Origin: Chiloscyllium plagiosum
Taxonomy: Eukaryota
Assembly (NCBI RefSeq): GCF_004010195.1
Contig: NC_057711.1
Location: 76,277,817 to 76,341,816 of the forward strand
DNA: 64,000 bases
Direction: 5' to 3'
Below the pieces are notes generated by a model that saw nothing but the letters and a program-made list of their open reading frames with translations, was not told the DNA's origin and searched no databases. Each line of letters opens with the position of its first letter. Within the stretch, counting starts at the first letter, position 1. This document shows positions 40,951 through 53,432 of the stretch, piece after piece. Both the position numbers and the translations under genes were made by a program.

Positions 40951-43900
40951 GTGATTTTTGAGAAGGTTTATACCTCGGGTTGAGGTTCAGGTTGTAAGTT
41001 TGGTGGTGAGCTGGAAAGTTTGTTTTCAGACGTTTTGTAACATCATCAGTGAGCCACCAGCAAAGCACTGGTGTTATGTCCCACTTTCTGTTTGCGGCTT
41101 GGTTTCCTAAGGGGGGTGATATCATTTCCAGCTCTTTTCTCTCCGAGGGTGTTGATGAGGTCCAAATCGATGTGTTTATTGATGGATATCCAGTTAGAAT
41201 GCCAGGCATCTAGGAGCTCCTGTGTGTGTCTCTGTTTAGCTTGTCCTATAATGGATGTGCTGTCCCAGTCAAAGTTGTGTCCTTCCTAGTCTGTATGTAA
41301 GGATACCAGTGTTAGTGGGTCATATCTTTTGGTGGCTAGTTGGAATTCATGTATCCTGGTGGCTAGGTTTTTGCCTGTTTGTCCGATGTAGTGTTTGTTA
41401 CAGACCTTGCATGGCACTTTGTAAATGTCATTTGCTTTGCTGGTTGTTTGTATAGGGTTATTTTAGGTTCAATAGCCGCTGTTTAACTTTTTGGTAAGTT
41501 TGGGGGCTGCCATGATGCCAAGGGGTCGAAGTAGTCTGAAAGTCATTTCAGAGATGACTTTGATGTAAGGTAATGTGGCTGGAGTTTCTGGCGTGTTGTC
41601 TGCTTGTTTGAATTTGTTGTTGAGAAGTCGACAGATGGTGTTTTCTTCCTAAATATGCTGTACAGGTATTTCTCTTCAGCTGCTCGTAGTTCCCAGGTGC
41701 TGCAGTGTGTTGTGGCTTGTTGAAATAATGTCCTGATGTGGCTCCGTTTTGTGGGTGTTGGATTGATTGCTTCTGTAGTTAGGTATTGGGGGGGGGGGGG
41801 TGGAAAATGTTTTTTCTGTAGATACTGGTTTGACAGTTCTCCATTAACTGCTCTTCTTCAGGAAGGAGAAGGGTTTCCTGAAGAAGGGCTAATGCCCGAA
41901 ACATCGATTCTCCTGTTCCCTGGATGCTGCCTAACCTGCTGCGCTTTTCCAGCAACACATTTCCATCTCTGATCTCCAGCATCTGCAGACCTCACTTTCT
42001 CCTCCATTAACTGCTCGTTCTACTTTGAAATCTCAGAATGGGAGTCTATTGTCATTCTTCTCTTTTGTGAATTTTATGCCAGTAAGGCTATTGTAGATGG
42101 TGTTGTAGGTTTCATCTAATTTTGTTCTCTTTTGTAATCACAAAGGTGTCATCCATGTCACGTACCCAAAGTTTGGGTTGGATAGTTGGAAGGGCTGTTT
42201 GTTAGAGTCTCTGCATTACTGCCTGTGCTAGGAAGCCTGGTATTGGTGATCCCGTGGGTGTTCTGTTGATTGGTTTGTAGGTCTTGTTATTGAATGTGAA
42301 ATGGGTGGTGAGGCACAGGTCTACTTGCTTGAGGACGTTGTCTTTGCTGAAGACATTGATGCTGTCTGGTGTGTGTCCCCTTGGTTCCTCTAATAGTGCA
42401 GCCAGTGTTTCTTTGGCCCATTTAATGTTAATTGATGTGAACAGGCTGTTGTGTCAAAGGAGAACATTATTTCATCCTCGTCTATCTTGGTGTCTTTGGT
42501 GTTCAGGAATTCTTGGATGGAGTGAATGGAGTGGCATGAGTTTTCCATTTGGTATTTCAGTTTCTGGTGGAGTTCCTTGGCTAGTCTGTATGTCGGTGTT
42601 CCAGGTAGAGACTAGTTTGTATACTTTAGGTAGTTCATAGAAGTGGTGTGCGTTGGATCCATCCGGTTTCATTTTCTTGAAGTCTGTCTTCTAGTCCTGG
42701 ACTCCCCTCAACCCAGGGAACTCACTACTGGCAGAAACTGACACTTACCTACAGGTGACCCCATAACTAGAAATCCATATCACATTGAAAAGGCTTCAGA
42801 AATCAGGGCAATTAAACAAGACAGACTTCCCAAAAATGAAACTGGATGGATTCAACACACCCAGCTTCTACAAATTACTTAAAGTACACAAACCAGAGGC
42901 CTCCCTCAGACCCATAGTCTCACTACCTGGAACACCGACATACAGACTAGCCAAGGAACTCCACTGAAATACCGAGTGGAAGACTCATGCCACTCCATTC
43001 ACTCCATCCAAGAATTCTTGGATACCATCAAAGACACCAAGATAGACGCGGACAAAATAATGTTTTCCTTTGTAACAGCCCTTTTCACATCAATTAACAT
43101 TAAACTGACCAAAGAAACACTGACTTCACTACTAGAGGAACCAAGGGGGGACACACCAGACAGCACCAACTTCATCAGCAAAGACAATGTTCTCAAGCAA
43201 GTAGACCTGTGCCTCACCAACCATTTCATATTCAATAACAAGACCTACAAACAAATCAACACAATACCCATGGGATCACCAATACCAGGGTTCCCAGCAG
43301 AAGCAGTAATGCAAAGACTCTAACAAACAGCCCTTCCAACTATTCAACCCAAACTTTGGGTAAATGACATGGATGACACCTTCATGATTACAAAACAGAA
43401 CAAAATTAGAGGAAACCTACAACACCATCTACAATAGCCTTACTGGCATAAGATTCACAAAAGAGAAGAATGACAACAGACTCCCATTCTGAGATGTCAA
43501 AGTAGAACGAGCAGTTAATGGAGAACTGTCAAACCAGCATCTACAGAAAAACAACGTGCACACATCATGTACTTAACTACAGAAACAATTAATCCAACAC
43601 CCACAAAACAGAGCTGCATCAGGACATTATTTCAACAAGTCACAACATACTGCAGCACCTGGGAACTATGAGCAGCTGAAGAAAAATACCTGTACAGCAT
43701 ATTTAGGAAGAAAACAGTCTGTTGACTTCTCAATAACAAACCCAAACAAGCAGACACAACACACCCAGAAACTCTAGCCACATTACCTTATGTCAAAGTC
43801 ATCTCTGAAATTACTTTCAGACTACTCCTACCCCTTGGCATCATGGTAGCCCCCAAACTTACCAAACAGTTAAACAGCGGCTACTGAACCTAAAATAACC

Positions 43901-44345
43901 CTATACAAACAACCAGCAAAACAAATGTCATTTACAAAATGCCATGCAAGGTCTGTAACAAACACTACATTGGACAAACAAGCAAAAGCCTAGCCACCAG
44001 GATACATGAATGCCAACTAGCCACCAAAAAGCATGTCACACCACCACTAGTATCCTTACATACAGACTAGGAAGGACACAACTTTGACTGGGACAGCACA
44101 TCCATCATAGGACAAGCTAAACAGAGACACACACACAGGAGGTCCTATGCATCAATTTAGACCCCATCTACCACCCTCTGAGAGAAAAGAACCGGAAATG
44201 ATATCACCCACCTTAAGAAACCAAGACTCATAAACAGAAAGTGGGACATAACACCAGCGCTTCGCTGGAGGCTCACTGATGTTATCTAGTATGGTGATAA
44301 AACGTCTGAAAACAAACTTTCCAGCTCTGCGAGCAAACGTACAAT
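40951..44345. mobile_element. Penelope-like retroelement (family A-related), 3.4-kb fold-back with two inverted RT+GIY-YIG arms
   Basis: TSD ccaaagagtctgt at 40938-40950 and 44346-44358. The + arm has FYKLLKVHKP, LRPIVS, TALFTSI, PMGSPI, xDDTF and NVIYKMPCKVCNKHYIGQT. The - arm at about 40951-42690 mirrors it. Confidence 0.92.
41854..42001 (+). mobile_element. Short hammerhead-bearing element (family C) nested in the Penelope arm
   Basis: 15-bp TSD ctccattaactgctc at 41839-41853 and 42002-42016. CUGAAGA-A-GGGC-uaau-GCCC-GAAA-CAUC at 41878-41905. Confidence 0.85.
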
Positions 44346-44829
44346 CCAAAGAGTCTGTTTCTGTGCTGTACATCTCTATGACTGGCATCTCTGATGCTGG
44401 CAACTTCAGGAGGATGCGAAGATGAATCAGCCACTCACTCTTTGGCAGAAGATGGAGGCTTCAGCCCTGTCTTTTGTCCTGAGGCTCCCCTGTCATTGAA
44501 GATTGGGATATCTGTGGAACCATCTCCTTCTGGGAGTTGTTTAATTGTCTACCACCATTCACGACTATGGCAGGATTGCATAACTTAGTCTAGTCTGTTG
44601 ATTGCTTCAACTATTTGAAAGTTTAAATGATAAGTGAAGGTTATTAAGTGTTTTAAATTTCTTGGTTTGCTTTGTGAATATTTCTTTTATTTCGCATGAC
44701 ATAATGTGAAACCTACCAGAGAACAGATTATTTCAGATCTGGTAACATTGCATGTGACAGAATTGATTAATTATATCATAATAAGGGATCATCACGTGCC
44801 AAGTAATCATTAACATTCGAGAATTTCAC

Positions 44830-45850
44830 ATTCCATTACAGGTTGATAAACTTGGATGGGAAATCAGTGTCTTAACCATCAATTGAAACCATGACAAAGG
44901 GGTGAAGACAGTTAGCAAAAGTGAACTGGAAAAGTAAATTTAAACAAAGACATTAAAGAGCAATGGCTGACATAAGGGAATATTTCTTAACTTCCAACAA
45001 AGGTATATTAAAATTGAGGAAGTAACACCGTACAAGAAGGTTGAATCATTTATGAATAGCTGAGGAAGTTAACTGTGCTATCAAATCAAAAGAAAAAGTG
45101 TCCAATGCTACGAAGATTAATGGTGGGTCAAAGGGTTAGAACAATATTATAAAATAACAAAAGATATTTAGAGAGAAAATAGATTTAATAAATAAGCAAG
45201 AAATATGAAAACTGGGTGAGACCTTCAAGTATATAATAAGGAAGAGAGTAGCTAAGGTGGATGTTTGTTCTGTAAAGGATTTGCCTTGGTTCCAAGTCAA
45301 TCTCCAAAATATCAAACAGATTTTTGGAGCCTTTCTTTGTGTTAGACACCAAAATCTCAATAATTGTATACAATCGGGGGAGAGGAAGGTGAAACAATAA
45401 TTATCACTAGAGGGGAAAAAGATTCAGGCAAACTAATGGATTGAAAGTTAATCAGACCCTAATCATAAGAGCCTGCATTGTAAGGTCTTAATAGAAGTCA
45501 AAACATTCATTGTAATCTTCCAAAATTCCCTAAATTATGGGAATGTCCTAACAGATTGGAACACCACAAATGTAACTTTCTGCACAAAAAAGAGGGAAAT
45601 AGAAAGCAGGAAAGAGTTGGCCAGTTAACCCAATATCAGTCATTGAAGAAAATGTTGCAATTTGCTGTTAAGGAAGTAGCAGCAGGACGTTTAGGAATAT
45701 CTCTGTACAATCTAGCTTGGTTTTATGAAAGTAAAATCGAAATGAGAAAATTGTTAGAAATGTGGATGAAGGCAAGCTCTGACATGGTGTATTTGGATTT
45801 CTAAAAGTATTCTGTAATGTGCTCTATAAATGTTTACTGCCCAAGATCAG
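44830..45850 (+). mobile_element. Old CR1 LINE remnant
   Basis: Decayed motifs including DMVYLDF and an IFQNSL...PxDW segment. Similar decayed CR1 sequence occurs at about 36100-36800, 46400-47870 and 57950-58760. Confidence 0.6.
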
Positions 45851-48800
45851 AGTCAGCATGTTTACGAGGATGGAGTTTCCCTTTCCTCCAGCAGCAGTGT
45901 CAGTAGCTAATGTTATCCAAGGAGAATTTATTGTAGAGATGGGTCTCCTTAACTTGACTCAAGAGGAAGTCCCAGCCCAGAAAGCACATAGCCAATTTGA
46001 ACAGCCAACAGCTGTCTGGTCCCAGTGTGGTTAAAAACTGCAGTGGACAGGACTGGGACTGCAATCCATGAAAACAGTCTCTAGAGTCTGCACCCCAGGA
46101 GTCCAGGGCCAGGTACCTGTGGGAGCTGTGAGGTTGTGGGAATGTGCCCACATGTATGCTTGTACAGAAATGGTGGTGAAAGGTGTATAGGGAGCATCCA
46201 TTGGAGTAGGATGGAGTGAATTTGCTTGAGGTCTTGCAGCTTTTAAGTCATAAGTGACCTTCCTAACCTTCCTTCCAAATGCAGTACTACACATTTTTCT
46301 GTGCTGAACTTCAGGTGCCATTTACTTGCTATTTTGCAAGTCTATTAATGAGCTTTCTAACTTGTTGCAGTCCTTCCAAGATGAACTAATTCGTCATCCC
46401 AAAATCTGGTTCAAATCTACAAATCGGGAATTTGTTTTGACTCCGAAGTCACGTGGTGAACTACAGTGGTCCCTGTGCTGATCCTTGCAAAATATCACAT
46501 CTACCTTCTGCAAATCTGAATAATTACCCCTCCGTTTTTTGCTTTGAAGTTAATGAGCAATCTATTCTGATGCTAGTGCCTTGAGTATCCAGTCTCTAAT
46601 CTGATTGATTCGACCATTGTGGGGTGACTAAACAAAAGCCTTTTGAAAATTCAGAAAATTGCACGTGCTGCAATAACATTTTTTTTTTCTCCTGGTATCT
46701 TCTCAAAAACTTCAGTACGATTGGTCAAGCAGAATTTTTTTTAAAAAATGTTTTTAAATCATTTTTTAAAAATGATTCTTCGGTGCTATTTTGTGTCCTC
46801 TTGCATGTCACCTTTATTTTAAACAAATTATTAAATATATACCTCTGCTGATTCTCTTCCCTTGAGACATTTAAAATGCATAAATGTAGTCCAGCATATC
46901 AGCTTTTTATCCCTTTTGAGTTTGTTTATTCAATATACCACCTCATTTTCTGGAAACACTTATCTCCTCATTCAGTGTCATGTTGACCTGCTCTCTATCC
47001 CTGGTAAATAACCGAAGCACGGTAATAATCTAATATTTCTACTACCACCTCACTTTGTGGTATTCCCATGATATTTTCTCTTATCTTATCTGTTGCTTAA
47101 TCGTTCTATTCCCATCCCAGCCTTCCTTCTGTTATTGGTGCATTCTTACTTCGTTCTATGTTTTTTAACAAGTTAATTTCATATATTGTCTTTGTTTCCA
47201 ATTGCTTTGATCACTTTCTTAATCTGTTTGTTTTGTCATGTGCTCTTCTGCCATGTACTTAATGTATCCTTCTTTCTGAAACTCAATTATTTCATTGTGT
47301 CCTTATTTGTCCATAGAATCTCATTAGTATTTATTTCTTTCTGTTTAACAGAATATATTTTTCCTACACTCAGTTAAACGCCATATTAAATGTTTTCCAT
47401 TATAGTTCCACAACATTGTTTGTTAGTATTTTTGTTAGTATAGTCCCAAGTTCTATTTGCAGCCATTCAAAAATCAGCTTTTCTCCCATCTATTAAAATG
47501 GTTTGACCACATTTATTCATTATTACAATCTTAAAGGCCATTATTTTAGGCTCTCTATTGATTGCCTAGATGTTCTCCAATCTTTATTTCTCTTGCATAG
47601 TCTGGCTTATTTCCCATAACAGTGTCTAATAATATTGTTATCCTCTCACCTTCTGCTTCTAAGCATAGCTTAACCACGAACTGTGGAGTAAGCCAAGGAT
47701 CAGTGCTGGGGCTTCAGCTATGTACAATCCACATTAATAACTTTGACAAAGAGAAAGAGAGTACTATTGCTAAGTTTGCTGATAATGCAAAACTGAGTGG
47801 AAATATAAACTGTAAGGAGGACACAAAAGCTGCAAAGAGACATAGACAAGTTTAAGTCAGTGGGGAACAGCATAGCATTGTCAATGACACCATCACTTTG
47901 GAGAGTAGCCTAAAAAGGCAGTAATTGACTGGGTTGGGATTTGTCCTGTATTTTGTGGACAGGACATCTGGGCAAGTTTCCACATTTGTCAGGTAGATGT
48001 CAGTGTTGTAACTGTAGTAGAAACGCTAGGCTCTTGGCGTAGTTAGAGTATAACTCTTCAGTATTGTTGTCAGACTGTCAGGGCTCATAGACTTTGCAGT
48101 ATCCAATACTTGCAGCCATTTCTTCATATAATGTGGGGTGAATTGAATTGGTTGAAGACTGGCATTTGTAATGCTGGGGACCTTTGGCAGAGGTAGAGAT
48201 TGGGCTGATCTGAGTAAAGATGGATACAAATACTTCAAATTTGACATTTACATGTACTGGGCTCCCCTATCATTAAGTTATGGATATTGTGAAGCCGTCT
48301 TCTCCTCCTGTTAGTTGCTTAATTGTCTACCATCATTTATACTAGGGTATGGTAGGAATGTCGAGCTTCTATCTGGTCTGTATGTTGTGAGATCATTTAG
48401 CCATGACTATTGTATGCATCTGCTATTTGGCATTCTATGTTGTAGTTAAGCCAAGTTGGCAGCTCACGTTTAGATATAACTAGTGTTCCTGATATGCTTT
48501 TAGTCGTCTTTGTTTGAACCAGAATTGAACTCCTGGTTTGAAAGTAATTGTAGAATGGTGATTGCACTTGGCAATGATATTACAAATTGTAGTTTAATGC
48601 AATTGTGCTGCTATGGATGGCCCATAGCATCTGTTGCTATGTTTTGAGTTGCTAGATTTGCTCATAATCTGACACGTTTAGCACAGTGGGAGTGCCAAAC
48701 AAGATGGATGATGTGCTCAGCGTGAAGATGGGACTTCATCTCCACAGTGGCTAACTGAGCACTGTTGACTGCCTGCCATGGACAGACACCTGTGACAGGT

Positions 48801-50003
48801 ACATTGATGAAGACAAGCTCAGTAACATTTTCTTTCTTGGTGTTTTCACCACCTGCTAGAGGCCTGATCTAATAGCTGTGTCCTTTTTAAGGCAATCTTG
48901 ATCAGTAATGGTGCACCTGACATTTGAAGTGTCCTATCCAGAGTGCACCCTGTGCTTTTGCTAGCCCAGTGCTGCTTCTAATAGATGTGCAACATTGAAG
49001 ATTACTTACTCGCTAACTGAAGGAGGGTGGTAAATGTTAATCTTCAGGTGATTTCCTTGCCTATGAGACTTAATATGGTACAAATTTATGATGAGCTATC
49101 CCAAACTAGCTCCCTTCTGACTATATACAATTGTGTTACCACCTCTTGTGAATCTGATCAGTTGGTGAGACATGACAACCTCTGGGATATTGGTGGTGTT
49201 GCCTGTAATGCATGATTCTACTTGTATGACTGTCTCAAACTGTTGTATGACTCTGTTGTGTGCAAGCTCTCCCAATTCTGGCAGAAGCCCTTGGATACTA
49301 ATAAGAACTCTGTGTGCATCATCATTTCAGGTGCATAGGCTCAGGACAGAGTTCATTTGTTTCTTCAGCTCTTGTAGCAGTTTGATACAATGCTGCATTT
49401 GTTGCTGTGTGCCATTTTGGATCTCACAAGGAAGGGGTTGCATTCCCTCTTCCCACCACTGAATTGTGCTCCCCCACCAACTCTCTGATTCTGGTTTCAA
49501 TATTGTGCATATGCACATTTTACTCATGATGCAATGACGTAGTGTCTGGAACCATGCGCATACGTGTTTCCGAGTAAGATTCACACAAAGTTGCCTGAGA
49601 GTTGTGTTAGCAGATACTGCTTTCATATAAGGGAGTCAGTTGCTAGACCATTTGAGGGTGGTTAAAAGTTGTCACATTCCTGTCAATTTGGAATTGCATT
49701 TAGGCCCGGTCAGGCAAAAAATGCCAGATTTCTTTCCCTAAAGAGCATTAATAAACCAGATGGGTTTTTATGGATTAATGCTAGATGTTACTGTGCTCTG
49801 ATTTCATCATCTGCCATGATATGATTCAAACCAGTGTCCCTCGAAGATTAACCAGGATGTTTCATTGTTTGCTGTGCTGCTATTTGCCTTCTCATCTATA
49901 GGAAATGGGGTTTTGCACACTAAAGTATTTTATGACCTTCATCACTTCAATTAGTTCACCAATCAACTTTCTAATTTTGGAGCAAAAATTGAAATGATCC
50001 AAT

Positions 50004-50065
50004 GGGTCAGTGGCACAATGGATAACACATCTGACTACATATCAGAAGATTGTAGGTTTGAATTT
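50004..50065 (+). pseudogene. tRNA-Arg(ACG)-derived pseudogene, 3'-truncated
   Basis: gggtcagtggcacaatggataacacatctgactacatatcagaagattgtaggtttga aligns to the vertebrate tRNA-Arg(ACG) sequence GGGCCAGTGGCGCAATGGATAACGCGTCTGACTACGGATCAGAAGATT. Differences are mostly CpG-type transitions and the 3' acceptor strand is missing. Confidence 0.8.
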
Positions 50066-50166
50066 CTTTTAGGTCCTGTTGTGGCACAGTGGTAGTTTCT
50101 TACCTCTGGGCTGAGAGGTCCAGGTTCAAGTCCCACCTCTCCAGAGGTGTGTGATAACCTCTATGA

Positions 50167-50808
50167 TATGGTTCTGTTCGCCGAGCTGGAAGTTTTTGTT
50201 GCAAACGTTTCGTTCCCTGGCTAGGCGACATCATCAGTGCTTGGGAGCCTCCTGCGAAGCACTTCTTTGATGTTTCCTCTGGTGTTTATAGTGGTCTGTC
50301 CCTGCCGCTTCCGGTTGTCAGTTTCAGCTGTCCGCTGTAGTGGTTGGTATATTGGACAAACAGGAAGACAGCTAACAATCCGCATACATGAACATCAACT
50401 AGCCACAAAACGACACGACTAGCTATCCTTAGTAGCCACACACGCAGACAACAAGCAACATGAATTCGATTGGGACAACACTACTATCATAGGGCAAGCC
50501 AGACAGAGAACAGCCAGGGAATTCCTAGAGGCATGGCATTCATCCACAAACTCCATCAACAAACACATCGACCTGGACCCAATATACCAACCACTACAGC
50601 GGACAGCTGAAACTGACAACCGGAAGCGGCAGGGACAGACCACTATAAACACCGGAGAAAACATCAAAGAAGTGCTTCGCAGGAGGCTCCCAAGCACTGA
50701 TGATGTCGCCTAGCCAGGGGACGAAACGTTTGCAACAAAAACTTCCAGCTCGGCGAACAGAACCACAACAACGAGCACCCGAGCTACAAATCTTCGCACA
50801 AACTTTGA
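50167..50808 (+). mobile_element. Young Penelope-like insertion (family A) with 187-bp near-perfect inverted arms
   Basis: TSD ataacctctatga at 50154-50166 and 50809-50821. GIY-YIG C-terminal part YIGQTGRQLTIRIHEH...REFLEAW. Arms at 50169-50355 and 50579-50765. Confidence 0.93.
50694..50733 (+). ncRNA. Minimal type I hammerhead ribozyme motif (mirror copy at 50201-50240, minus strand)
   Basis: GCA-CUGAUGA-U-GUC-gccuagccaggg-GAC-GAAA-CG-UU-UGC. Stem I is GCA/UGC, with palindromic ACGU and a GUU cleavage triplet. Confidence 0.78.
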
Positions 50809-51543
50809 ATAACCTCTATGAACAGGTTGATTAGAAAAATAGGTATACCCTTCTTGGCAATGTCATGTCCAAACTGAACTTAAAATTTAGATTGGGTCAG
50901 TGCCACTTTGTCCCGTTTACGTAAAGCTCACCGTTTCAGGACAGCTGGTTACCTGGAATTCAACTTGCAACTCAGTGTTTGTGTTCTTTCAGCCTGAGTG
51001 CTATCTGTTATGGAAAAACACTATGATGTAGGCCATCTGCCTAATTACTAGGATAGGAAAGTTGTAATAGCTCAGACTTTGTTGTCTCAACAGCTGAATT
51101 CTATTTCAAAATTGTGGCCTGGAATTTTTTTGTTTTAAACTAAAAGGCCCCTGATACATTCTGCATCTTGCATGCCAGGTTGACAGGATTAGAAACAGTA
51201 TCCACAGATGTCAAGTGTACTGCCATTGCCAATACTCTCTCTTTGTGTTTTGTTATTAAACAAATCTTCAGTGTTACTCAACTACAGGTGCATAGTCCAT
51301 TCCAGCTTCGAACATGCAGAAAATACAACAAAGTGGTGTTGGAAGCCTCAGGGAATTTGCTTTCTGAATTCTATGCCAGTGCACTCCTTATTTACAGCTG
51401 ATTTCAAATAACTGTGGTTTATATTAGTAACTAAGTGATAAGTGCTATGTAGTTGTGGTTCAAGGTTAACAACTAGGCCCATTGTTTCTCTGTTTTCTTA
51501 AAGCCAAGCTTGACAGTGGACTTTGTGGAACAGCCTGAATATA

Positions 51544-51577
51544 AACTATCTAGTAGTATAACTATCTAGTAGTATAA
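51544..51577. repeat. 16-bp tandem duplication
   Basis: aactatctagtagtat twice. Confidence 0.85.
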
Positions 51578-52983
51578 TGAGGAGATAACTGTTCTCCCAA
51601 ACAGTTCCTCCAAGTTCAGTTGTGAATTTCACTGTTTAAAGAAAATTTGAATCAGAGAAACAAATTGGAAAGAGGTGATTTAAAAGCTGTTGGTTGGTGA
51701 GCAAAATATAAATCTAATTAGAATGAATTTGAAAGTGTGCATGTACTGCAGTACAATTATAACCATTCTTACCAAAGATAGAGTCCATTCTTAATACCAT
51801 AAGTTTTAGGTAAGGTTGTTTATTACAGTCCCAGCAGCCGACTTTGTGAGAAGTGTTCAGGCAAAACTATGATGGTTGTTTTGGCACCTGATATAATTAG
51901 TATTTGTTGAGGTAATGATCCTTCAATGAGATGGTCGTCCATCCATTTGCTGTATGTTCATATTACCTTTTACTTTCTAGAAATCCTTCTCATGGTTTCA
52001 AGAAGGATTTTGAGGATTCAATCTCCAATCTTTCATAATTTTGAGGGTGCGAGAAGATTAGAAAAGGAGGTTCCTTGGGATTTGATTTCTTTATATACTG
52101 TCCCTGACCAAAATAGAATTTCCTTAATTATTTTTCAACTCCAAAGTACATGGAAGGTTTTGTGGTGTCTGCTGAAATAATCTAAGAATGTGTGGAACAA
52201 AACACTTGTGCAATATGTCCTCCCCACATTGAAAATCCTTGCACCCATATTCGAATGCTATGGCCATTCGTTTCAGCCAAGTGCTGTTTAGTTCTGAATA
52301 TAGCTATAGGAGCAGCAAAGACAGTAATGCATTGTTACTTCCTTACCCAAGACTGAACCTGGTGCTCATCACCAGTAACAGGTTCCCCATTCTGAAAACT
52401 AAAAATAGAGATTTTTCATTGTAAAGCTATTGTTTACACAGATGTCATAGACAAAATGCATACATCCTCAACTGCCTGTGGATAATGTGTTTTATATGGA
52501 AGAGGTACTTATTTTCTCTTAGGATACAGATCCAATTAAATAATTTGGCCACATTCTTTCATAAGATTAAAATAAAGGTCATTTATTCTCCCAGACATGC
52601 GTAACTTAAGTGCGATATTTCACACTTGATCTCTTGCATGTTTTGACAAACAGATTGTACATTATAATCTGTAAATGTACATAAGTGAAGATAATTTTCT
52701 CAATCTGATTTATGTATGTCCCATGTGGTTGGCCTGAAGTTGTTTTGAAATAGTTTTGATGTATGAAAGTTGACGTCAGTGCCTATAAAGCAAAGGATTG
52801 ACAATAACCTGATATTTCCTGTAGTTGAATTTTTAGGAAGATGATTTTCACATGACTTTCAATTCCAGCAGTTGCTTGCTGTGGCTGCTGTTCTGAGTCA
52901 AGGTCACAGATTGGCTGATTTGGAGATGACGGTGTTGGGCTGGGGTGTACAAAGTTAAAAATCACATAATACCAGGTTATAGT

Positions 52984-53432
52984 GGTTCTGTTCGCCGAGC
53001 TCGGAATTTGTGTTGCAGACGTTTCGTCCCCTGTCTAGGTGACATCCTCAGTGCTTGGGAGCCTCCTGTGAAGCGCTTCTGTGATCTTTCCTCCGGCATT
53101 TGAAGTGGTTTGAATCTGCCACTTCCGGTTGTTAGTTCCAGCTGTCTGCTGCAGTGGTCAGTATATTGGGTCCAGGTTGATGTGCTTATTGATTGAATCT
53201 GTGGATGAGTGCCATGCCTCTAGGAATTCCCTGGCTGCTCTCTGTTTGGCTTGTCCTATAATAGTAGTGTTGTCCCAGTCGAGTTCATGTTGCTTGTCAT
53301 CTGCATGTGTGGCGACTAAGGATAGCTGGTCACCTGGACAGTGGACGAAACGTCTGCAACACAAATTCCCAGCTCGGCGAATAGAACCACAATGAGCACC
53401 CGAGCTACAAATCTTCGCACAAACTTTGAATC
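52984..53432. mobile_element. Penelope-like insertion (family A) with an inverted 5' part
   Basis: TSD ccaggttatagt at 52972-52983 and 53433-53444. The minus part 52984-53331 encodes QLSLVATHADDKQHELDWDN...REFLEAW. The plus-strand 3' end is 53329-53432. Confidence 0.9.
53015..53054 (-). ncRNA. Minimal type I hammerhead ribozyme motif, intact core
   Basis: The minus strand reads GCA-CUGAGGA-U-GUC-accuagacaggg-GAC-GAAA-CG-UC-UGC, with a canonical GUC cleavage triplet. Confidence 0.82.

Larger units (their letters stand above)
50075..50845 (+). mobile_element. Short tRNA-derived SINE split by a Penelope insertion
   Basis: A-box-like tggcacagtggt and B-box ggttcaagtccc. The sequence continues after the TSD as aacaggttgattagaaaaat. 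Confidence 0.6.

Noticed and set aside
50237..50697. Two opposite-strand ORFs with near-identical N-termini
   Set aside because: A by-product of the inverted arms of the Penelope insertion, not a duplicated gene.
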